Positions 35,451-46,192 of a DNA stretch of 64,000 nt are shown here, one piece after another; positions within the stretch are counted from its first letter, which is position 1, and every line of letters begins with the position of its first letter. The notes beneath the pieces are model-generated. The model ran no database searches, had not been told where the DNA came from, and saw nothing but the letters and a program-made list of their open reading frames with translations. A program made the position numbers and the translations under genes. Origin of the DNA: Macrostomum lignano (Eukaryota); contig NIVC01001948.1 of NCBI GenBank assembly GCA_002269645.1, forward strand, positions 62,001 through 126,000, in the 5' to 3' direction.

Positions 35451-37964
35451 CTATGGAGTGAAAAGCACCAGGAATGCTTCGAAACCAACTTTTCGCAGAC
35501 ACCAGCAGGCCTCGAGCATTACAACCCTAGACAGATCAGGTTCTAGAAGCCGTTCTGAACGACTGCAACAACGTCACGACAATAACCACGACCACTGGTG
35601 TTCAGAACGGCTTCCAGCATGTGAAGCTGCTGCTCTGAGAATAGGTCCGCGAACTGGTGCCTTGCCCTTGAAGAACGAGAGAGCAGCAAACTGCGTTGGG
35701 GCAATAAGTGGTCAATAATAAATACTCGTAGCATGCATTGAATAACTTTAAGCAGCGGTTTTTAAGTCACTTACCGAATAAGGAAAGTAATTGTATAAAC
35801 AGATCTCTATCAGCCATGCTTGCAGCGACAGCTTGATAGTCGGCCTTCAATTTCTTAGATTCTTCTCAAACAGAATGCTTTATAGATAGCTATATATATC
35901 TTACCTGTCTTTTGACTGCTAAAATTACAAATCAATTTCTCCTATACCAGTAGAGTATAACACTCACCAGAAGCTTCTATTCATTTGCATTTTTAACTGC
36001 AGCAGGCACAGTCGCCTAAACTTTTGACAATTTTGCGCTTGCGCTCCACATGCACCGTTTAGGTAATAAGTTTAACATGGCTTTTTAACTGAATTTTATG
36101 GTTTACGATGGTTAAGATGGTATCGCTTGGTAAAGTAGCTTTTGTTGCTGCTACTAATCATTATTAGATGTATCCTTTCAAACTACTGCGAGAGTAGTGA
36201 AGTAAGAGTCACTTTGCATCATGGGCATTGCACATGCATGTGCACCCATCTTTTTGTAGTTGAAGGCCGGCTCCATCAATCGATGATTCTGGGCGCTGCT
36301 ATTCAGAGCTGAGCTTCATTGTTGTCTGCAAAAATCTCTGGCAGAGACTGGGCCACGGAAGCAAACAGAAATTGTCTTTTAAAAGCCGGTCAGACTCACC
36401 CTGGTTGAAATTGATTTCTTGTGAAACTGGCTTGAAAATGCTGGCTACAGTCCTCCCTGCCTGTCCCTAACGCTCACGCTTCAGCAGTTGCGTTTTAACT
36501 GCATGGCTACAGCAATAAACTGCTCAGTGCGTAAGAAGAAGTATTACTTTCTAAGAAAATATTGGTGGAAAGGTTAGAAATGGAGACTTGATGAGTCTGG
36601 TTAGTTTTGTTTTCAATTGCAATCAATATCTGCATTGTATTCTGTTTAAACACCATGCACTGATAACACTTGAATTTGACAACCCTAGTATTCACAAAGC
36701 ATGTGATTCCAACAAAAAAAACAATTTTTGCACAATTAATTCTTCTATGCATACTACTTTTCTACGAGTATTTCAGTAGTAAAAGTTGAATAATTTCGAT
36801 CGAAAATTCATAAATAAAGGCAAAAACGCTTTTTACTTAAATTATTTGATAAATAATTATGCTACTTGATCTACTATAATATTTATTTAGGCAATATGTC
36901 AAATTACTCGCGTACAATATCAACAGGAAAAAATTAATATGCCAACAAAATAAAGCACAATAAATGAATTCGATTAAAATCAGAACATGCTCCATTTTGT
37001 TAGCTATGAAATCAGTTAACAACGATTTGCAATGGAAATAATACAGCAAAAGTGTGCTTATTGCTAGTCAAAAAAAAAAAAACAAACTACGACTATAACA
37101 ATATTAAGTAATTATAATAAAATAATTAAATCAAATTGAGCTACCAGTTAACTAGGACTTATAATAGGTTTTACTACCTAATAACAATAATAAATGTGCA
37201 ATTAGCAGACATTCTATAAGGCACAAAAAATTAAATTAATTATTTTGCTAACTGTCGAAATTTAAGGAAAAAATGAGAAAAGTCGCACTACTCTACTGAC
37301 ACTGCGATATCAGTAGGATGTTAAGAAAACTAATTTTGTTCGCTTGCGTAAAATTTGAAACAAAAAATTGCTTAAAATCTTGATTAAAACATTAACTCCG
37401 ATTGTTGGGAATAGGTTGGAGAAGTTCAGATGATATAAAAATATTAATAGTAACAATAACGTCAAAATATAAACTTTGCGACTAGAGCAAACAGTATTGA
37501 GGATCCTGTCCAAATTCCATTTCACTCTGAGCATCTGGGAAACCGCCTGCTGATTTTTTTTCAAGTGCACGCACACTCAATGTCTGCCTAATCTGCAATA
37601 CTGCCCCAAGTCCACTGACTCTGAAATACAAAAGTTGAATCATGGCTCTCTTAGTGGGAACAAAAAAAGCACGAATTAAAATAATTTAAATATTTTTAAA
37701 CTGTCATACTGATTAAAACAAAATATACTAATTGAAATTAAAAGGCAAAAATTAATTTTTAAGAACGAAATCTCCACTAAGATTAGCAAACTTAAAATCT
37801 TTTTTTTACAAAAAAGCTCATAATTGCGAACGTACCGTCATGTGGGCAAAGATTTTGTCAAATTGACGAGATATATTTTTAGGATTTAGGTTAAAATATG
37901 ACTATAAAGATCAAACATTTCAACTACGCGCTAGATATTACAGCATTTTACAGCATTACAGCAG

Positions 37965-38465
37965 ACTCTCGGGGCGATTCTCTAGGAATCTCAGGGACGA
38001 TTCTCTAGAAATCTCTGGGGCGATTCTTTGTGAATCTCAGAGGCGATTTTTTAGGACTCGGGGCGATTCTCTAGAAAACTCAAAGGCGATTTTCTAAGAA
38101 TCACAGGGGCGATTTTTTAGGAATCTCAGGGGCGATTCTCTAGAAATCTCGGGGCGATTCTCTAGGAATCTCAGGGGAATTCTCTAGGAATCTCGGGGGC
38201 GATTCTATAGAAATCTCAGGGGAATTTTCTAGGAATCTCTGGGGCGATTCTCTAGAAATCTCAGGGGCGATTCTCTAGGAATCTCGGGGGCGATTTTTTA
38301 GAAATCTCAGGGGCGATTCTATAGAAATCTCAGGGGCGATTTTTTAGAAATCCCAGGGGCGATTCTCTAGGAATCTCGGGGGGGGGGCGATTTTCTAGAA
38401 ATCTCAGGGGCGATTCTCTAAAAATCTCAGGGGCGATTCTCTAGGAATCTCAGGGGCGATTCTTT
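37965..38465. repeat. ~22-bp minisatellite (GGGGCGATTCTCTAGGAATCTC)
   Basis: Tandem units are visible just 3' of TMEM65. Confidence 0.9.
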
Positions 38466-38529
38466 AAAAGGTCGATTTCTATTTTTTAAAAATAACTTGC
38501 ACAGTTAAACCTAGTCGATCAATCATATG

Positions 38530-40973
38530 TTATTTCCCTTTATGATCTTCGCCGTCAGCCTCATCGGTGTCAATAAACAGCAGGGGCAGCATGCCCAGAA
38601 GGCAGCCCAGCGAGATGCCCAGACTCCGGCCAAACACGGTGGCCCATCTGGTCGATCGCAGCTCCAGCTGTTGCGGAGTCAATCTGGGCGTCTCGAACCC
38701 CAGCCGGCTGGTCATGCCTTCCACCCAGCTGGCCAGGCTGAGGCCGGCCAGGTCGGACACCCAGTTGCCAAGCGCCGCTGCGGCTAACGTGCTGATGCAG
38801 AAAGCTGCACCCAGGGTCAAGTCAATGTACTCGCCCTGTCAGATGGAGAGCGCGCTGGGAGGTTTAACACTCAGTTATAGATGCTTTTTTGTCTCGGTTC
38901 TCCATCTCAGCCTCTCTATATCTACCTCCATCTCCCCATCCCCCTCCCATCAATCTCACCCTCTCCCTCTCATCAATGTCACCCTCTCCCTCTCACTCTC
39001 ATCAATGTCACCCTCTCCCTCTCATCAATCTCACCCTCTCCCTCTCATCAATCTCACCCTCTCCCTCTCCCTCTCATCAACGTCACCCTCTCCCTCTCAT
39101 CAATCTCACCCTCTCCCTCTCATCAATCTCACCCTCTCCCTCTCATCAATGTCACCCTCTCCCTCTCCCTCTCATCAATGTCATCCTCTCCCTCTCATCA
39201 ATGTCATCCTCTCCCTCTCATCAATCTCACCCTCTCCCTCTCATCAATCTCACCCTCTCCCTCTCATCAATGTCACCCTCTCTCTCTCCCTCTCATCAAT
39301 GTCATCCTCTCCCTCTCATCAATGTCACCCTCTCCCTCTCATCAATGTCACCCTCTCCCTCTCATCAATGTCACCCTCTCCCTCTCATCAATGTCACCCT
39401 CTCGCTCTCATCAATGTCACCCTCTCCCTCTCATCAATGTCACCCTCTCCCTCTCATCAATGTCACCCTCTCCCTCTCATTAACTCCCTTAGCCACAGCA
39501 AACTCACAGCCACAATCATGATGGCATTGTCGAAGAATCCAAATCCAACAAACGGAATGGCGCTTAAAGTGAACACTGAAATAAATATTTAACAATGAAA
39601 CAGAGTAACTAGCAGAACAATAAGGAAGATGATTAATATTATACAATATTCGTACCTTGACGTAATTGATCTCTTGTAGGCTGAGCCACTCCAGCAGTAG
39701 CAGTTTTAGTTTCAGGCTCAGCTGACGCAGCTGAGGCGCTTGTTTGATCGGCTGTTAAATAATGCATAAGAGGTCGCATAGTTTAATAAATAATACATGT
39801 GGCCCAGCAACTGAGGATCTGGGAGGCTGGCTCAGCAACTGAGGATCGGGAAGGCTGGTGGTCCAGCAACTGAGGATCTGGGAGGCTGGTGACCCAGCAA
39901 CTGAGGATCTGGGAGGCTGGTGACCTAGCCACTGACGATCTGGGAGGCTGGTGACCTAGCCACTGAGGATCTGGGAGGCTGGTGACCTAGCCACTGAGGA
40001 TCTGGGAGGCTGGTGACCTAGCCACTGAGGATCTGGGAGGCTGGTGACCTAGCCACTGAGGATCTGGGAGGCTGGCCCAGCAACTGAGGATCTGGGAGGC
40101 TGGCCCAGCAACTGAGGATCTGGAAGGCTGGCCCAGCAACTGAGGATCTGGGAGGCTGGCCCAGCAACTGAGGATCTGGGAGGCTGGCCCAGCCACTGAG
40201 GATCTGGGAGGCTGGTGACCCAGCAACTGAGGATCTGGGAGGCTGGTGACCTAGCCACTGAGGATCTGGGAGGCTGGTGACCTAGCCACTGAGGATCTGG
40301 GAGGCTGGCCCAGCAACTGAGGATCTGGGAGGCTGGCCCAGCAACTGAGGATCTGGGAGGCTGGCCCAGCCACTGAGGATCTGGGAGGCTGGTGACCCAG
40401 CAACTGAGGATCTGGGAGGCTGGTGACCTAGCCACTGAGGATCTGGGAGGCTGGTGACCTAGCCACTGAGGATCTGGGAGGCTGGCCCTGCAACTGGGTA
40501 TCTGGGAGGCTGGCCCTGCAACTGGGGATCTGGGAGGCTGGCCCTGCAACTGGGGATCTGGGAGGCTGGCCCTGCAACTGGGGATCTGGGAGGCTGGCCC
40601 TGCAACTGGGGATCTGGGAGGCTGGCCCTGCAACTGGGGATCTGGGAGGCTGGCCCTGCAACTGGGGATCTGGGAGGCTGGTAAAATCCAGCCAAGGCTC
40701 CTCACCCGCAGTCCCATGTTGCTCAGCATCCAGTCTCAAAGCGGCCATCAGTTCTAACCGCTCCATCGCGTTGAGCCGGCGCACGTAGCTGCTGGCCCAT
40801 TTCGGAGGCCGCTTGAGCACAGTGCAGCGAACTGGACTGGTGCTGATGCTGCGACTATTTAACTGGTTGGCGTGACGAGGAACCGCCACATTTCCATGGC
40901 AACAAGAGTTCGAGGCCAGAATAGCAGATTGTATGAAAACATTCTTGGTCTTCTGTAGGTGACTCGCCAGCAT
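38530..40973 (-). CDS. TMEM65: Transmembrane protein 65 (mitochondrial inner membrane), ~245 aa; exons 40973-40706, 39751-39656, 39575-39508, 38835-38530
   Basis: The spliced product PTRDQLRQVFTLSAIPFVGFGFFDNAIMIVAGEYIDLTLG..STLAAAALGNWVSDLAGL..LGCLLGMLPL matches the recalled TMEM65 signature. Introns are GT-AG and phase-consistent. Confidence 0.92.
38920..39482. repeat. ~22-bp pyrimidine-rich minisatellite (CTCTCCCTCTCATCAATGTCACC), TMEM65 intron 3
   Basis: Tandem units are visible. Confidence 0.9.
39803..40680. repeat. 28/31-bp minisatellite (GCCCAGCAACTGAGGATCTGGGAGGCTG), TMEM65 intron 1
   Basis: Tandem units; the same family occurs at 46735-47165. Confidence 0.9.
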
Positions 40974-41451
40974 GACTGATAGCAGCTGAAAGTGAAAAAG
41001 CTAATAATTAGTTCAGCTTTTAACTATAAAAAGTACTTTAAGTATCTACGAAACTTTTAAACAACATCGAATAGTCCTTGAATTATTGTTGGACCCTGGC
41101 AATTGTCAGGGCATGTACACCCTGGGGGGAAGGGGGTGACAAAACCAAGAATCCAACATGTACGTGTACATGACTAAATTCCCATTTCCATTATTTTGAG
41201 AAACGTGTTGTCAGCGCTCATTCTAGCGCCACAGGCACTCATTTTAGCGCCGCAGGCACTTATTTTAGCGCCGCAAACACTAATTTTGGCGCCGAAGGCG
41301 CTATATTTTGGCGCCCTGAAGAAAAATGATTGGCTCAAAGTATGGTGTCCTCGGGGACTGGTAATGGTTGGTTTCAGGAGCATACCAGCGCCGCTAAAAT
41401 AACCACATTTTCCACGGTTAAAACTTAGCATCCTACTTAGGTGGCTAAGAA

Positions 41452-41730
41452 ATGGAGCTACCTATATACGAAGCCCTTAATTTGCTCGAAGAGGAACCTG
41501 GGCCGCGTCCAAGGGAATTTCGAGAGCGCATGAACTTCGTCGACGACTGGGATTTTAGACAGCGCTTTAGAATGTTGCCACCTACGTTCGAGCATCTGCT
41601 CGAACGAATTCGCCCAACCTTGGAGTATGGTAGCGTTCGAAGTGATCAATTGAGTGCCAGGGAGCAAGCGTTGACCGCATTGCGTTTCTACGCCTGTAAC
41701 GGCTTCTACCACGTACTTCGAGACGCGTGC
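41452..41730 (+). mobile_element. PIF/Harbinger transposase N-terminal fragment (truncated)
   Basis: DFRQRFRMLPPTFEHLLERIRPTL..LSAREQALTALRFYACNGFY matches the Harbinger/HARBI1 N-terminal pattern. Homology stops before the DDE core, and the termini are unresolved. Confidence 0.7.
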
Positions 41731-42394
41731 CGCTTTTTCGATTTGGCTTCTGCGTTATTCGCAAAACTACCGAACAAAACGGCCTTTTTGTCTCTCATGA
41801 GAGACAGAAAGAGGAGCTTTTGTTCCGGCGGGGACAAGGTTGTGCACTTTTAAAATCTTTTCAGTTTTGACTTCTAAGCTAGCGAGACTAGAGCCTTATA
41901 TACTACCCGCTCCTTCTCTTTCTCCTTCTCCAACTCAGCTACTTCTTCAGCTGCAAAACGCATGTCTATGGCACGAATTCTATGCTAGAGAGAATAGCAG
42001 TATACTGATATTTACCAGTTCCTTCATGAAACCAGATTTTAGCAGACTGCTGAATATCCGCGGTTATTTTAGCTGCTGCTAACTGGTAATTTACCAGTTG
42101 CTCATGAAATCGGTCCCCGGTGGCGAGGCGCCTGCCTGGGGTATACTGTATATTTATAGTAAATTAAAAGAACAAGCTAAAACATACCTATTGGACAATA
42201 TTTCCATATGAAAACTGTCTAGTGTATTGCAACACATGCCAAGTTTATTTTATTTTAACCAAACAACTATTACAGGTACAAACGGTTTCTTTATTAGTGT
42301 AATTAGTCAACTAAGAAATGCCAATTAACATTATTAATATACAAACAGGATAAAGTTTATAGTTGAAGTAAAATAAACTTATTGAACGCCAGAA

Positions 42395-42670
42395 TCAGTT
42401 GTCGGGTCCTTCACCACCGGGAATCATCAATGCAATATTGTTGCCATTGAGCAATATCTGCTCAAGCCTCGTAACTTTCTTACCCTGAGAGCTGATCTCG
42501 TACACCACAACATCCTCAAGCACCATATTCACGTAGGGATCAAATCCCAACAAGGTGCCAACAAGTTCTTTGTCGCCTTTCATTTTGATGTGAATTTTCG
42601 AACCGATGCATTTGTCAACGAGTTCCAGTGGCATGATTTGAGACGGATTCTGGGGACCTGAGCTGGCCAT
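42395..42670 (-). CDS. LSM5: U6 snRNA-associated Sm-like protein LSm5, 91 aa, intronless CDS
   Basis: [56 protein letters not shown] is the LSm5 Sm fold. Confidence 0.95.
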   Translation of the reverse strand: MASSGPQNPSQIMPLELVDKCIGSKIHIKMKGDKELVGTLLGFDPYVNMVLEDVVVYEISSQGKKVTRLEQILLNGNNIALMIPGGEGPDN

Positions 42671-42730
42671 GGCTGAAAGCTGAAGGTTTCTCGCAGTTCA
42701 AAATATGGTTTTTAAGATTGCTTACCTGGT

Positions 42731-43735
42731 GTCAAGCTGAAGGAGAATTACCCTACTAGTATCAAGCTGAAGGGGAATTACCCTACTAGTATCAAGCTGA
42801 AGGGGAATTACCCTACTAGTATCAAGCTGAATGGGAATTACCCTACTAGTATCAAGCTGAAGGGGAATTACCCTACTAGTATCAAGCTGAAAGGGAATTA
42901 CCCTACTAGTATCAAGCTGAATGGGAATTACCCTACTAGTATCAAGCTGAAGGGGAATTACCCTACTAGTATCAAGCTGAATGGGAATTACCCTACTAGT
43001 ATCAAGCTGAAGGGGAATTACCCTACTAGTATCAAGCTGAAGGGGAATTACCCTACTAGTATCAAGCTAAAGGGGAATTACCCTACTAGTATCAAGCTGA
43101 AGGGGAATTACCCTACTACGCTCGTAGTTGAAGGGGAATTACCCTACTAGTATCAAGCTGAAGGGGAATTACCGTACTAGTATCAAGCTGAAGGGGAATT
43201 ACCCTACTAGTATCAAGCTAAAGGGGAATTACCCTACTAGTATCAAGCTGAATGGGAATTACCCTACTAGTATCAAGCTGAAGGGGAATTACCCTACTAG
43301 TATCAAGCTGAATGGGAATTACCCTACTAGTATCAAGCTGAAGGGGAATTACCCTACTAGTATCAAGCTAAAGGGGAATTACCCTACTAGTATCAAGCTG
43401 AAGGGGAATTACCCTACTACGCTCGTAGTTGAAGGGGAATTACCCTACTAGTATCAAGCTGAAGGGGAATTACCGTACTAGTATCAAGCTGAAGGGGAAT
43501 TACCCTACTAGTATCAAGCTGAAGGGGAATTACCCTACTAGTATCAAGCTAAAGGGGAATTACCCTAATAGTATCAAGCTGAAGGGGAATTACCCTACTA
43601 GTATCAAGCTGAAGGGGAATTACCGTACTAGTATCAAGCTGAATGGGAATTACCCTACTAGTATCAAGCTGAAGGGGAATTATTAGTATCAAGCTGAGGG
43701 GAATTATCCTACTAGTATAAAGTTAAAGGGGAATT
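42731..43735. repeat. 30-bp minisatellite (GCTGAAGGGGAATTACCCTACTAGTATCAA) x~33
   Basis: Near-identical tandem units with no spacers. Confidence 0.95.
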
Positions 43736-44117
43736 CTTAGATGCTTTAGAGTTCGGAGGGAATTACTCAGATTTCACGAGACCCGAAACTCCCTAGTAAA
43801 ATATTTAACAAACCAAAGCGAGACAGAACAATTAAAAAATTGTGTAAATCAACAAAATTAATGCCAATACAATCAGTCTGTTTTCCACCGTGTATTTTCC
43901 AATTTTAAAGTTCAACCGACAGATGTCCGCCCGGACAGAGTTCATCGAGTTTTGAAAGAATATGGCCTGAGTCAGCATGAAAACGTGTGTAAACCAAGTT
44001 GACAATTGACGATGAAAATAATGTGCATGCATACATACGAACATTTCGGGGATCACACACGATCGTCTATTCTAAAGCTGGCTAAATAATCCAAGCTGAA
44101 GCTAACTATTTTGACTT

Positions 44118-44498
44118 GCACGTCGACCACATGTGTCTGCATCAGTTCCGCCCCCGCTGGTCACTGGCCCCCACCCAGGTGGAGCCTCTGGACCTCCAAC
44201 AGGTGACACCAGGTGACAATGTAGATCCTGTTGCAATTATGTCAGAATTTTCTTATCAAGCTTCAAATGGGCAAAACTCAACTGCTGGGCATCCTCAGCT
44301 GGTCTCTCAGGTATTCCGTCATCACCCGGACGCTGCCGAACCTTCAACAGGTGGCACTAGGTGACCATGAAGATCAACGTTGCAACAACGTGTTCATAGT
44401 CACCAAGTGCCACCTTTTGAAGGTCCAGAAGCTCCACCTGGGTGAAGGCCAGCGACCAACGAAGGCAGAACCGATGCAGACACATGTGATCGACGTGC
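44118..44498 (-). ncRNA. Candidate long hairpin RNA (hpRNA/pri-miRNA-like)
   Basis: Inverted arms 44118-44215 and 44401-44498. Of 15 mismatches, 13 are G:U pairs on the minus strand. A nested 31-bp stem-loop lies at 44341-44423. No expression data. Confidence 0.45.
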
Positions 44499-44789
44499 TG
44501 ATGAAATTTGGAGATTGGCGCACAGGGGTGTACTGAATACACTGGCGCTTATGGGAAAAATCCCACCTTCTGGCAGAATCGTCGAATATCTCGACGGTCC
44601 GGGGGGGGGGGGGCTGGAGACTTGATTCTTGTTTGAGAAGGTGCGCAATAAAAAGTTAGTCCGTGTTCTTGAATTTCGTGTGCCTGCGTTGCTCCGTTCC
44701 GGCGCAGCCAAAAAATTGTCAGGGGAGGGGGAATTCCGCCCTCTTTGGTAGTTATACTGTTAAACAGATCTAAAACTAGCTAAATGGGC

Positions 44790-46045
44790 CGAAAAATGAC
44801 TATAATTGGATCTAAAACTAGCTGAATAGACCTAAAAACACTAAACGGACCTGAAACCAACTAGATAGACCTAAAAAACTAACTAAATAGAACTAAAACT
44901 AGCTGAATAGACCTAAAAACACTAAACGGACCTGAAACCAACTAGATAGACCTAAAAAACTAACTAAATAGAACTAAAACTAGCTGAATAGACCTAAAAA
45001 CACTAAACGGACCTGAAACCAACTAGATAGACCTAAAAAACTAACTAAATAGAACTAAAACTAGCTAAATAGACCCAAAAAACACTAAACGGGACCTGAA
45101 ACCAACTAGATAGACCTAAAAAACTAACTAAATAGAACTAAAACTAGCTAAATAGACCCAAAAAACACTAAACGGGACCTGAAAACAACAGATAGACCTA
45201 AAAAACTAACCAAAATAGAACTAAAACTAGCTAAATAGACCCTTAAAACACTAAAACGGACCTGAAACCAACAGATAGACCTAAAAAACTAACTATAAAT
45301 AGAACTAAAACTAGCTGAATAGACCTAAAAACACTAAACGGACCTAAAAACAACTAGATAGACCTAAAAAACTAACTAAATAGAACTAAAACTAGCTAAA
45401 TAGACCCAAAAAAACACTAAACGAACCTGAAACCAACTAGATAGACCTAAAAAACTAACTAAATAGAACTAAAACTAGCTAAATAGACCCAAAAAACACT
45501 AAACGGACCTGAAACCAACTAGATAGACCTAAAAAACTAACTAAATAGAACTAAAACTAGCTAAATAGACCCCAAAAACACTAAACGGACCTGAAACCAA
45601 ATAGATAGACCTAAAAAACTAACTAAATAGAACTAAAACTAGCTAAATAGACCCAAAAAACACTAAACGGACCTGAAACTAACTAGATAGACCTAAAAAA
45701 CTAACTAAATAGAACTAAAACTAGCTAAATAGACCCTAAAAACACTAAAACGGACCTGAAACCAACAGATAGACCTAAAAAACTAACCAAAATAGAACTA
45801 AAACTAGCTAAATAGACCCTTAAAACACTAAAACGGACCTGAAACCAACAGATAGACCTAAAAAACTAACTATAAATAGAACTAAAATTAGCTAAATAGA
45901 CCCTAAAAACACTAAAACGGACCTGAAACCAACAGATAGACCTAAAAAACTAACCAAATAGAACTAAAACTAGCTAAATAGACCCAAAAAACACTAAACG
46001 GGACCTGAAACCAACTAAATAGACCTAAAAAACTAACTAAACTCG
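44790..46045. repeat. ~81-bp satellite built from ~20-bp subunits (TAGACCTAAAAA..), x~15
   Basis: Period 81 (GCTGAATAGACC at 44821 and 44902). Confidence 0.9.
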
Positions 46046-46192
46046 CATAAAGACAGTTATAGTCCGGACATAAAAATTACCACAACTGAAACTAGCCCAC
46101 GTCTTTTAAAAAACGGTTCCTTACTCAACTCGAACTCAATATTCCACAAACAAAGCCCCGTAAATGACCAACTTAGTTATGAAATGAGTTGC

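Noticed and set aside
32900-37620. Scattered exon-like segments on the minus strand (~32960-33110, 36400-36450, 37480-37620)
   Set aside because: Some splice-like sites exist, but I could not join them into a consistent frame or recognise a product. RNA-seq is needed.
38567-40729. Long Ser/Pro/Leu-rich ORFs in the TMEM65 introns (likewise 17806-18162, 43128-43686, 46645-47180, 62397-63019)
   Set aside because: Products of stop-free minisatellite units. The real exons are defined by splice sites and homology.
27217-40973. Functional linkage between Ca2+-permeable Nav2 and TMEM65 (implicated in mitochondrial Na+/Ca2+ handling)
   Set aside because: The genes are convergent, 11 kb apart and separated by transposons. 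Proximity alone is not evidence.
42731-43735. CRISPR-like look of the 30-bp repeat (also the 33-bp repeat at 24712)
   Set aside because: The units are head-to-tail without unique spacers, there are no cas genes, and the context is eukaryotic.
44116-44542. Paired ORFs HVDHMCLH..RWSLA on opposite strands as a small peptide family
   Set aside because: The similarity follows from the inverted repeat, and many of the changes are non-synonymous (R/C, P/L, P/F). RNA structure explains the pattern better than coding selection.
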